DNA of 64,000 nucleotides, taken from assembly GCA_964543335.1 (NCBI GenBank), contig CAZIXS010000001.1:2903-66902 (forward strand). The letters are read 5' to 3'. Position numbers and translations under genes: made by a program. Under the pieces are notes generated by a model. That model was given only the letters and a program-made list of their open reading frames with translations, searched no databases and was not told where the DNA came from. This document shows, in pieces, positions 18,821 to 27,468 of this stretch (position 1 is the stretch's first letter; each line of letters begins with the position of its first letter). This stretch comes from an uncultured Phycisphaeraceae bacterium (GTDB taxonomy: Bacteria > Planctomycetota > Phycisphaerae > Phycisphaerales > UBA1924).

Positions 18821-20419
18821 TCAAGCGGCGTCGGCTGGAATAGCCGCCGGGGTGGTGCAGACCACCGGTGTTTGTTTGGGCTGTGTTTGTTGCAATTGAG
18901 GGATGTAGCGGGCGATGGCGTCGATGACCGCGGTGATGTCGGTCCGGGTGCGGATCCGCGTCATGTCGCTGAGCATCGCCGCGACCTGCTCCGGGGTCGG
19001 GCGCTCCCCGGACCACGAGCGGACGCCGGGAACCGCGGTGGCTTGGAGCTGCTCGGCGTCGTAGACGAGTTCCTCGTGGAGTTTCTCTCCGGGGCGCTTG
19101 CCGGTGAAGACGACACGGATACCCGCCGCGGTGGTACTGGGGCGATCCGGGAGCAGCGGGCTGAGCCCGTGGGCCTCGATGAAGCGGGTTGCCAGATCCA
19201 CGATGCGGACCGGCTCGCCCATATCGAGCACGAAGACTTCCTGACCCCGATCGGAGCCCTCGGCGGTGTCCACGAGCGCCGCGGACTGGATCACGAGGGC
19301 CGCGGCTTCTGGGATGGTCATGAAATAGCGGGTCATCCGAGGGTCGGTCACGGTCACCGGACCGCCTTCGGCGATCTGCTTGCCCCAGATCGGCAGCACG
19401 CTGCACGCCGACCCGAGCACATTGCCGAAGCGGACGAGACTGAACCGCGTGTCGTTCTGGCACTCGTTGAGCGAGCGGACATACAGCTCGGCCATCCGCT
19501 TGGTCGCGCCCATAACGCTGGTGGGGTTCACCGCCTTGTCGGTGGAGATCATCACGAAGCGCTCGACACCGACCGCGATGGCGGCGTCGGCAACGGCGAC
19601 CGTGCCGAAGAGGTTGTTGTTCACGGCGGCCGCGGGGTGATCTTCCATCAGCGGCACATGCTTGTGAGCCGCGGCGTGAAACACGACATCCGGCTGGAGT
19701 TCTTCGAGGCGTTCGAGCGTGCGCGGGGCATCCACCACATCGTGGAGGACGACCCTGCGGTTGACCTGCGGGTGCGTGGCTCGGAGCTGCCGGTCGATCT
19801 CGAAGAGCGCGTTGTCGGAGCGGTCCATGAGAATGAGCAGGGCCGGGTCGTGTGCCGCACAGATGCGGACGAGTTCGCTTCCAATGCTTCCGCCCGCTCC
19901 GGTGACCAGCACCCGCTTGCCCTGAACGACCCTGCGGACCAGCGATGCGTCGATGGGGCGAGGAGTGCGATCGAAGAGCTGCATCGGATCGATATCAGCG
20001 GAGTTGGCGCGCGGTCCGCTGTGGCACAGGCCAGAGGCGATGTCCTCGATGAGCGGGAAATGGCGGACGGTGAGCCCGGCGCTGACAAGCTTGGCTTCGG
20101 TTCGCTGGATGAGCGATGACATCGCGGCGGGCAGGCAGAGCATGGCCATGGTGGCGCCCGAGTGGTTGACGATGGACTCGAGGTGGTCAATCGTGCCGAG
20201 GTTGGGGATGCCGCAGGACCAAGTGGGGGCGGATTCGCTGGCCTGTGGGTCGCCGATGAGGATCGCACCGATGACGCCCTTTCGGAGCCGCTTGGACTGG
20301 CAGACGGCGGAGGCGCCGCGCTCGATGGTGTCCGCGGTTCCGACAATGAGCATGCGCTCGGATCGCGCGGAAACTGGGCCTGAGGGCGAGTGGTTGGCTG
20401 CTGTGTGATCGGTCGGCAT
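18821..20419 (-). CDS. Polysaccharide biosynthesis protein, CapD/PglF/WbpM-type NDP-sugar 4,6-dehydratase
   Basis: VLVTGAGGSIGSEL Rossmann motif, HAAAHKHVP, FVMISTDKAVNP. The start is set at ATG 20419 (GGAGGTG upstream) rather than the 20518 ORF start, which would overlap the upstream gene. Confidence 0.85.
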   Translation of the reverse strand: MPTDHTAANHSPSGPVSARSERMLIVGTADTIERGASAVCQSKRLRKGVIGAILIGDPQASESAPTWSCGIPNLGTIDHLESIVNHSGATMAMLCLPAAMSSLIQRTEAKLVSAGLTVRHFPLIEDIASGLCHSGPRANSADIDPMQLFDRTPRPIDASLVRRVVQGKRVLVTGAGGSIGSELVRICAAHDPALLILMDRSDNALFEIDRQLRATHPQVNRRVVLHDVVDAPRTLERLEELQPDVVFHAAAHKHVPLMEDHPAAAVNNNLFGTVAVADAAIAVGVERFVMISTDKAVNPTSVMGATKRMAELYVRSLNECQNDTRFSLVRFGNVLGSACSVLPIWGKQIAEGGPVTVTDPRMTRYFMTIPEAAALVIQSAALVDTAEGSDRGQEVFVLDMGEPVRIVDLATRFIEAHGLSPLLPDRPSTTAAGIRVVFTGKRPGEKLHEELVYDAEQLQATAVPGVRSWSGERPTPEQVAAMLSDMTRIRTRTDITAVIDAIARYIPQLQQTQPKQTPVVCTTPAAIPADAA

Positions 20420-20454
20420 GGAGCACCTCCGACCGTTGTATCGGCAGATTTGGT

Positions 20455-20811
20455 CTATCTGCTGGGCTTTTCCGCGGAGGCGTGACGATCCGGGTCGATC
20501 TCGCGCAGATACTGCCACGAGTAAATGCCGGTATCGTGACCGTCGGAGAAGCGGATGCGGATCGCGTAGTGGCCGACCAGTTCTGCGGAAGTGGCGCTGA
20601 GGGGTCCGCTGCCTGCGCCGCCTCGCTTTGGCGAGCTAGGGAGCACGGCGAGCGGGTTCTGGGCGAGTTCTTCCCGCAGTTTTCGTGCTTCGGCGGACGG
20701 GGACATCTTGCGCAGGTAAGCGATCGGGTAGTAGGAGCGCGAACCGTCGGCCCATTCGATGGTGAGGCCCTGGTCTTTGACGAGGTCGAGATTGGCAGGG
20801 GCGTCGCTCAT
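20455..20811 (-). CDS. DUF971 (gamma-butyrobetaine hydroxylase-like N-terminal domain) protein
   Basis: LTIEWADGSRSYYPIAYLRKMSPSAE and YAIRIRFSDGHDTGIYSWQYLREI are typical of DUF971. Confidence 0.7.
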   Translation of the reverse strand: MSDAPANLDLVKDQGLTIEWADGSRSYYPIAYLRKMSPSAEARKLREELAQNPLAVLPSSPKRGGAGSGPLSATSAELVGHYAIRIRFSDGHDTGIYSWQYLREIDPDRHASAEKPSR

Positions 20812-20885
20812 GCGATGGGTGGCTGTTGCGGAGCGGATAAGGGGTCCAATGGTGAGCGGATATTGAGGATGAAGATGGTATCGCG

Positions 20886-20923
20886 TCAAAACGACAGCCG
20901 CCCGGCACAGGGTGCGGGCGGCT
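20886..20923 (-). terminator. Intrinsic terminator after the PEP-CTERM gene
   Basis: AGCCGCCCG / CGGGCGGCT stem; on the minus strand it is followed by TGTCGTTTTGA. Confidence 0.55.
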
Positions 20924-20975
20924 TGACGTTTATTTCAGGAGCAAGACGGGGTCCTGCTCGTGAATATCAGGGAGA

Positions 20976-21521
20976 TTAACGACGACGACGGACAGCCGCG
21001 AGACCGGCGAGACCGGCGATCGCCATGGCACCCGGGGTCGGGATCGGGACGATGCTCATCTTGACGGTGTAAACACCGGACTGGCCATGATCACCATTGA
21101 AGCCGCTGGCATCACCGAAACCGCTAACCGCGAAGGACAGGGTCTGGGCGGTCATGTTCTCGTAGATGATCAACGAACCGACGTTGGTCGGGAAGCTCAC
21201 ATCATCGTTGAAGGCGAGCTGAGTGCCGCCAGCATCGAAGAGGCCGAGGATGGTGTCGGGCGACTGCAGCGGGATGTCCAGCGGGATGATCACGATCGTA
21301 ATGATCGAGTTCGCCGGAGCGCTGAAGCTGAACCAGTCGACATCACCGGTCTGGCCGGGGACGAGTTCGGCACCGAAGACGGCGGAGCCGCCCATCAGAA
21401 CCACATTGTCAGCGCCAGCCTGGGTGTCGTTGGCCGGATCTGAGTCGATCACCCCTGCGGAGGCGAACCCCGCAAAGGCGAGCAGCGAGGCCGCTGCAGC
21501 AATCGAAGTCACCTTCTTCAT
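20976..21521 (-). CDS. Secreted PEP-CTERM-anchored protein with a PPC-like (DVDWFSF) domain
   Basis: AGGAGA SD. Signal peptide MKKVTSIAAAASLLAFAGFASA. C-terminus IPTPGAMAIAGLAGLAAVRRRR (PEP-CTERM-type sorting signal). Confidence 0.75.
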   Translation of the reverse strand: MKKVTSIAAAASLLAFAGFASAGVIDSDPANDTQAGADNVVLMGGSAVFGAELVPGQTGDVDWFSFSAPANSIITIVIIPLDIPLQSPDTILGLFDAGGTQLAFNDDVSFPTNVGSLIIYENMTAQTLSFAVSGFGDASGFNGDHGQSGVYTVKMSIVPIPTPGAMAIAGLAGLAAVRRRR

Positions 21522-21754
21522 CTCATCTCTCCTGAATAGTCTGTCCTGGCAGCCCATGCAGACTGCGTATTCGCATTTAGGATAGTGCGCTTTTGGGGGG
21601 ATGCGAGTGGAAAAGCGCTATTCCATCGTAAACTTTCAGTGTTTCCCAATTTGGGTGGCCCTTTGGTGAGCCTCATTGTTATTGGTCTCAGGGGCAATAA
21701 TTACCCCATCTCGGTGGAATTCGCAGGGGGTGCCCGGACGCATTCCTAACGGAA

Positions 21755-22324
21755 TTACATTGGCTTCTTGTCGATCGTGACGTCATAGACATGCAGAAGC
21801 TTGTTCTTGTCGAACACCATTTCCTGCCGGCTGTAGCCGGTGATGTCGTACTCGGGGGTGAGTTCGATGGCGTCGACGGGGCAGGCTTCCTCGCACATGC
21901 CGCAGAAGATGCAGCGGAGTTCATCGATCTCGAACTTGACCGGGTATTTTTCCCGGTCATCCCAAGGGGATTCGCCGGCCTCGATGTGGATGCAGTTGGC
22001 GGGGCAGATGGTCGGGCACATCATGCAGGCGACGCACTTGACGCGGCCTTCTTCGTCCCGGTTCAACCGGTGCACACCCCGGAAGTTGCTGACCTGCATG
22101 CCCCGGGCGTCGGGAGCGTAGTGCTCCTTGCGCTCTTCGGGATACTGCATGGCTTGCGTGGTTTTGCTCTTGCCCAGGATAGGGAGTTTGGACTGCCCGA
22201 AGCTGGTAAAGAGGTGGCGGACGGTGGTCCCGAAGCCTTTGACAATTGAGGGCACATAGGCGTTCTCCATCGCGTTCATCGGCGGACGGGAGATGCGCTT
22301 GATGTCGTTTTCGGATATAGCCAT
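21755..22324 (-). CDS. nuoI: NADH-quinone oxidoreductase subunit I-like 2x[4Fe-4S] ferredoxin
   Basis: CVACMMCPTICP and CIFCGMCEEACP cluster motifs, plus a NuoI-like N-terminal region (YPEERKE..). Confidence 0.75.
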   Translation of the reverse strand: MAISENDIKRISRPPMNAMENAYVPSIVKGFGTTVRHLFTSFGQSKLPILGKSKTTQAMQYPEERKEHYAPDARGMQVSNFRGVHRLNRDEEGRVKCVACMMCPTICPANCIHIEAGESPWDDREKYPVKFEIDELRCIFCGMCEEACPVDAIELTPEYDITGYSRQEMVFDKNKLLHVYDVTIDKKPM

Positions 22325-22551
22325 GGAACCCTGGACTCCGGTCTGGGGCGGAATATGCGGAAGATCGGTGTGAAGCATAGCGGAGAGCCCGCCCTGCTTC
22401 CCGCATTGGGTGGCACGGTCCGTAGAGAACCTGTCAATCCGTGTGGAGAGCCGGGGGGAGCGTGCTAGGCTCGACTCGCTTTATCGGCTTGCCCGCAGGC
22501 CGACTTTCCGTTCTTCCATCCTTGCCTCTGGCCCAGTGGAGCACCTGACCG

Positions 22552-23904
22552 ATGCCATTTTCCTCCGGCGGTGTGAGTTTCAGCCGACTGCTTGTGAATC
22601 CCGGCCCTGAGACGCCGACACGCTCGATCGGCCTGGAGCAGTTGGAAACGCTCAGCGAGCACCGATTCGAGCTGACCGATCTCGGGATCCCGCTCGAAAC
22701 CGAGGCCGGCTGGACGACGGCGGTGCACCTCATGGACACGGCGTTCGACTACGACAAGGTGGTCTACGCCGACGGCTCACTGGGGCTGCTGGGGCTGCGG
22801 ATCGACACGAACAAGGTTCCTGCGGATGTGAAGAAGGCGGTGCGCACCCAGCACGAGGTCGCGCTGGCCAAGGACAACCCATCTGGGTTCCTGAGCAAGC
22901 GCCAGAAGACCGAGGCGAAGGAACTGGCCGAGCACGAGCTGCACGAGCATCTTTCGGCGGGGAAGTTCCGCAAATCGAAGATGACCGAACTCTTGTGGGA
23001 TGTGCCGGGCAAGACGGTGCTCACGGCGGGCTCGTCGAACAGGACGCTGGAGGTACTGAGCGAGCGTTGGCGCGCGTCCTGGGGCGGCGGACTGTCGCCG
23101 GCGTCGGCGGGAACGCTTGCGTACGCGTACCTGTCCGGCAAGGGCCTGAGCCGCGATTACGAGGATCTGCGTCCGTCGGCGTTCACGGCGCCACCTCCGG
23201 GGGCGGGTTCACGGATGGACGAAGCGGGTGAGGCGGTGTTCGGCGATGACCCTTTGACTCCGGAAGTGCCTTGGGCGGCGGGCGGCCCCGAGCCGCGAGA
23301 TTTCCTGGGCAATGAGATGCTGATCTGGCTGTGGTACATGGTGGATCAGCACGAGGGCCTGATCGAGCTGCGCGACGAGGGGCAGGGCACGAGCGAGATC
23401 GCGGTGCTGCTCGACCGGTCCTTGGAGATGGAGTGCGGCTGGGGGATCAGCGGGAAACAGTCGTTGCGGGATCATGCCGGCGGGACCGCACCGATGCGGA
23501 TGCCCGAGGCGGCGGATGCGCTGGCGACGGGCAAGTGGCCTCGCAAGGCCGGGTTGGTACTGGCGGATGGAGCCGGGGCGGGGGATCAGTTCACGCTGAC
23601 GCTGCAGGTCGATCGCTGGATGGTGTCGGGTGCGAAGCTGCCCCACACCGAGCAGGAATTCGAGACCGCGCGGGAGCTGGCCGAGTGGCGACTGGAGCAG
23701 ATCACGCGGCTTGATGGACTGCTGCTGCGTCTGCTGCACACTTTCCTTGACCTGCGCTGTTCGGACCGCTGGCCGACGCAGCGGACGAAGATCCGGGAGT
23801 GGATCAAGGCCAATCGCAAGAAGCGGGCGGGTATTGGGGCACCGGCGCAGATGGAGGCCAAGCCATCCCCGGTTACGGGATCGGTTGAGGTCGCTTCGGC
23901 CTGA
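22552..23904 (+). CDS. RdgC-like recombination-associated protein with a long C-terminal extension (tentative)
   Basis: The N-terminal ~200 aa follow the RdgC pattern (GGVSFSRL.., GWT..H, LRIDTNKVPADVKKAV.., SKRQKTEAKELAEHEL..). At 450 aa it is longer than classical RdgC. Confidence 0.45.
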   Translation: MPFSSGGVSFSRLLVNPGPETPTRSIGLEQLETLSEHRFELTDLGIPLETEAGWTTAVHLMDTAFDYDKVVYADGSLGLLGLRIDTNKVPADVKKAVRTQHEVALAKDNPSGFLSKRQKTEAKELAEHELHEHLSAGKFRKSKMTELLWDVPGKTVLTAGSSNRTLEVLSERWRASWGGGLSPASAGTLAYAYLSGKGLSRDYEDLRPSAFTAPPPGAGSRMDEAGEAVFGDDPLTPEVPWAAGGPEPRDFLGNEMLIWLWYMVDQHEGLIELRDEGQGTSEIAVLLDRSLEMECGWGISGKQSLRDHAGGTAPMRMPEAADALATGKWPRKAGLVLADGAGAGDQFTLTLQVDRWMVSGAKLPHTEQEFETARELAEWRLEQITRLDGLLLRLLHTFLDLRCSDRWPTQRTKIREWIKANRKKRAGIGAPAQMEAKPSPVTGSVEVASA

Positions 23905-23975
23905 GGGTGAAACCGCGAGCGGATTTTTCCTATAACACAGGTCGGGCACCTGCCTGCCTGAGGAGGAATCGAGAC

Positions 23976-24338
23976 ATGATCATGAAGAAGATGATCGCGA
24001 TCGGTCTGTTGTCGCTGGCGGCTATTCCGATGGGAGGCTGCCTGGTTTCAGGCTCGGGTTCGAGCCGTGTCACGGGGACACCGGTCGAAACGGTGACGCT
24101 CGAGACGCTGCAGGAACAGGCGATGAACTCCCAGCAGGTGATCGACCTGCTCGGTCCGCCGACGCGCAGGACAACGATCGAGAACGGCGAGATCTACGCG
24201 TACGAGTGGGAGAAATCCCGCAAGGGGAGCGCGACGGTTTTCCTGCTGCTGGCGACTTCGAACACGACCTCGGAGAAGTCCGTGGCATATGTGCAGTTCG
24301 AGGGCGATGTCGTGACTAAGACCTGGATCAGCAAGTGA
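23976..24338 (+). CDS. Lipoprotein (BamE/SmpA-OmlA-like size and pattern)
   Basis: AGGAGG SD. Signal peptide with lipobox (LAAIPMGG|C). 120 aa. Confidence 0.65.
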   Translation: MIMKKMIAIGLLSLAAIPMGGCLVSGSGSSRVTGTPVETVTLETLQEQAMNSQQVIDLLGPPTRRTTIENGEIYAYEWEKSRKGSATVFLLLATSNTTSEKSVAYVQFEGDVVTKTWISK

Positions 24339-24346
24339 CCGGTCGG

Positions 24347-24826
24347 TCAGTCTGAACGACCCGCGAAGAGCGATTTGGATTCCAGTTCCAGCAGTTCCCG
24401 TTTGCGTTCGAGTCCGCCGGCGTAGCCGTGCAGGCGTCCGTCGGATGCGATGACGCGGTGGCAGGGGATGATGATGGCGATGGGGTTGGCTCCGTTGGCG
24501 GCGCCGACGGCGCGGACGGCCTCGTCGCTGCCGATCTGCTTGGCGATCGCGGCGTAGGAGCGGGTTTCGCCTTTGGGCACGGAGCGCAATGCTTCCCAGA
24601 CGCGCTGCTGGAAAGGTGTGCCTTTGGGCGCGAGAGGGATATTGAAGTTGACCGGATCGCCCTCGAAATAGGACTCGAGCTGCTCTTCGGTGAGGTCGAG
24701 GATGGGGCAGAGATCGTCGTGCGTGCCCTCGTTTTCCGAGCAGAACGTGAGCGCGGTCAGCGCTTGGCCGTTGCTTTCGGCGAGCATGGTGCCCATCGGG
24801 GTGTGGATCGTGCGCTTGGGCATCAT
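24347..24826 (-). CDS. ogt: Methylated-DNA--protein-cysteine methyltransferase
   Basis: Active-site motif IIIPCHRVI. The start overlaps the SDR gene stop (ATGA). Confidence 0.9.
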   Translation of the reverse strand: MMPKRTIHTPMGTMLAESNGQALTALTFCSENEGTHDDLCPILDLTEEQLESYFEGDPVNFNIPLAPKGTPFQQRVWEALRSVPKGETRSYAAIAKQIGSDEAVRAVGAANGANPIAIIIPCHRVIASDGRLHGYAGGLERKRELLELESKSLFAGRSD

Positions 24827-25644
24827 GCCTCCGTAGGTTCACCGATTCGAGTCTGCACGCTGCCGTCATCGTCTCGTGAGACGAAGATGGTGCTTCCGTT
24901 GTGCTCTTTGTACGCGCCCACGATGCAGCCGGCAATCAGGTCGGCGACATCGTCGGGTGTGACGCACATGGATTCGGGGAGGATGTCGGTGCTGAACAGC
25001 CCTCGGAGCATGGGGGTTTCGACGGCTCCGGGTGCGATCGCGTAGCCCCGGACGCCGATGGGGTCGCCTTCTTTGGCGACGGAGCGGGCGTAGGAGTTGA
25101 TGGCGGTTTTGCTGGCGGCGTAGGCGAAGAAGCCGGGGAAGGGGTCGGCGGTGCCGAGCGTGGAGACCCCAACCACGGTTGCGGGTGGGGATTCGCCGTC
25201 GTATTCGGCGTGGCGGGCCTTGAAGTGGGGCCAGGCGGCTTCGATCATCGCGCCGGGACCGATGGCGTTGACATCGAAGGCGTGCTGGATGGTGTCGATG
25301 CCGGTCGAGCCGATGGGGCGAAGCGGGGCGGTGCCGGCGTTGAGCACGAGGTGATCGAGTCGGCCAAATCGCTCGACGGTGGCGTTCACGGCGTCGGCGG
25401 CCTCTTCCGGATCGGCCATGTCGGCGGGGATGACCGCGATTTCCGGGGCATCATCTTCGCAGGATTCGACGATCGCCGCGGCGGCCTGCTCGAGTTTTTC
25501 CTCGTTGCGGGCGACAAGGGCCAGACGCATGCCGAGCCCGGCGAGGCGTTTGGCGGTGGCGAGGCCGATCCCGGAACTGGCGCCGGTGATCAGGGCGACG
25601 GGGTGGAGCCAGGCGTCGGGGGCGTCTGATCGGTCGTTTGGCAC
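24823..25644 (-). CDS. SDR-family oxidoreductase
   Basis: ITGASSGIGLATAKRL cofactor motif and YAASK catalytic motif. Confidence 0.85.
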   Translation of the reverse strand: MPNDRSDAPDAWLHPVALITGASSGIGLATAKRLAGLGMRLALVARNEEKLEQAAAAIVESCEDDAPEIAVIPADMADPEEAADAVNATVERFGRLDHLVLNAGTAPLRPIGSTGIDTIQHAFDVNAIGPGAMIEAAWPHFKARHAEYDGESPPATVVGVSTLGTADPFPGFFAYAASKTAINSYARSVAKEGDPIGVRGYAIAPGAVETPMLRGLFSTDILPESMCVTPDDVADLIAGCIVGAYKEHNGSTIFVSRDDDGSVQTRIGEPTEA

Positions 25645-25718
25645 GGAGGATTCCTGCGGTGTCGTGTGGAGGTGTGGATTGAGCGCGATCTTCGCACGGT
25701 GCGGATACCCTAGCCTCT

Positions 25719-27305
25719 ATGCAGGGTTCACATCGATTCTGGGATCGTTCCAAAGTGCTGGTGCTGGCGTCGCTGGTGGTGGTGCTCGGCGTGCCGTTTG
25801 TCTTCGCGCTGACACGGGATGGGATCGAAACCCCGTCCAACGCGGAGCGACTGGTGATCATCACGCCCCACAACGAGCAGATCCGCTACGAGTTCGAGCG
25901 GGCATTCTCCCGCTGGCACGAGGAAAAACATGGCACGCCGGTGGTCATCGATTGGCGCCAGCCCGGCGGCACCAGCGAGATTCGCAAGCAGCTCACTTCG
26001 CAGTACACCGCGGCTTTGCGGGACGGGGTGATCCTGCGTGATGGGAGCATGGCACCGGGTCAGAGCATGGTCTATGACCTGATGTTCGGTGGCGGGTCGT
26101 ACGAGCACGACCAGCTCAAGCGCGGCGTGAGCGTGAAACTGGATGGCGACGATCAGGACCCGACGAACCTGCCGATGAGCGTGCCAGCGAACTTCAGCGA
26201 TCTGCAGCTGACGGGAATCTTCGGTGAGAACGCGGTCGGGGCGGGGTTTCTCTACGATCCCGAGAAGTACTGGATTGGCACCGCGCTGTCGGGGTTCGGG
26301 ATCATTTACAACCGGGATTCGCTGCGGGAGTTGGGACTCGATGAGCCGCGTTCCTGGGGAGATCTGACCGACCCTCGTCTGACGGGTTGGCTGGCCCTGG
26401 CGGACCCTCGGATGTCCGGCTCGGTAACGACGACCTACGACTCGATTCTGAACAATTACGGCTGGGACCGCGGCTGGCAGATCCTGCAATCGATGAGCGC
26501 GAATGCGCGGTACTTCTCCAACAGCGCGAGCAAGATCCCGGTGGATGTGAGCCAGGGGGAGGCGGCGGCGGGTGTGGCGATCGACTTTTACGGTCGGTAC
26601 CAGTCGCAGGCGGTGATGCGGGAGGGTGAGACGCCCGAGACCACTCGTGTCGGGTACATCGATCCACCGGGGGTGACCTACATCGATGCGGACCCGATTT
26701 CCAAGCTTCGGGGAGCTCCGAACGGGGAGATCGCCGACCGGTTCATCGAGTTCGTGATCTCGCCCAAGGGGCAGTCGCTGTGGCAGATCCCGGTGGCTGA
26801 CGATGCGGACGAGCTTGGCCCCGAGCAGTACGAACTGCGTCGCATGCCGGTGATCCGATCGTTGTACGCCGAGCACGGCGAGCGGTTTGTGGATGCGGGG
26901 ATCGATCCGTTCGAGGCGGCGATGGATACGCCGTCGAAGGGGTGGCGCTCGGCGGTGGCCCCGATGATGGCGGCGTTCGGGTGCGATATCCATCAGGAGC
27001 AGGTCCGGGCATGGACCGCCCTGAACCGGGTGCGAGCGGCGTCTGAGGCGGGCGATGTGTCGATGGGCGAGTTTGTCGAACTGGAAGCGCTTTTCTTCGA
27101 GTTCCCGGTGCACGAATTCCCGGCGGACTTCCCGGATCCGGAGTTGGCGGGCGAGCGGCTGCTGTTCAGCGCGGAGCACTACCGGACGATTCGGCGGGAC
27201 TGGGAGGGGAGTCGGCCTCGCCAAGAGAGCCAGATCGCGTACACCACCCATTTCAGGCAGAATTACCGCGAGGTGGTGCGTCGTGCGGAGGAATTGCTCC
27301 GTTAA
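25719..27305 (+). CDS. Membrane-anchored ABC-type solute-binding protein (Fe3+/polyamine-like PBP2), orphan
   Basis: N-terminal anchor VLVLASLVVVLGVPFVFAL. VIITPHNEQIRYEFERAF..IDW..GGTSE pattern of family-1 SBPs. No permease or ATPase gene is adjacent. Confidence 0.6.
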   Translation: MQGSHRFWDRSKVLVLASLVVVLGVPFVFALTRDGIETPSNAERLVIITPHNEQIRYEFERAFSRWHEEKHGTPVVIDWRQPGGTSEIRKQLTSQYTAALRDGVILRDGSMAPGQSMVYDLMFGGGSYEHDQLKRGVSVKLDGDDQDPTNLPMSVPANFSDLQLTGIFGENAVGAGFLYDPEKYWIGTALSGFGIIYNRDSLRELGLDEPRSWGDLTDPRLTGWLALADPRMSGSVTTTYDSILNNYGWDRGWQILQSMSANARYFSNSASKIPVDVSQGEAAAGVAIDFYGRYQSQAVMREGETPETTRVGYIDPPGVTYIDADPISKLRGAPNGEIADRFIEFVISPKGQSLWQIPVADDADELGPEQYELRRMPVIRSLYAEHGERFVDAGIDPFEAAMDTPSKGWRSAVAPMMAAFGCDIHQEQVRAWTALNRVRAASEAGDVSMGEFVELEALFFEFPVHEFPADFPDPELAGERLLFSAEHYRTIRRDWEGSRPRQESQIAYTTHFRQNYREVVRRAEELLR

Positions 27306-27468
27306 AGCGTTTTACCAGTCGATGGCGTAAGATGGCCATTCTTCTTCCGCTTCATTCGCCCGATGACAGATAGCCGGCCTCTGCTGGTGCTGCTCAACTG
27401 ATACCTGACAGGACGATGTTCCCGTGGTGAGTTCGACCCTGAATCCCTCCGCTCAAGAGAGCGTGCGC

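Noticed and set aside
20455-20518. Apparent 64-nt overlap between the CapD-like and DUF971 ORFs
   Set aside because: This is resolved by using the internal ATG at 20419, which has a GGAGGTG SD, for the CapD-like gene. The overlapping N-terminal extension is Arg/Ser-rich and not conserved-looking.
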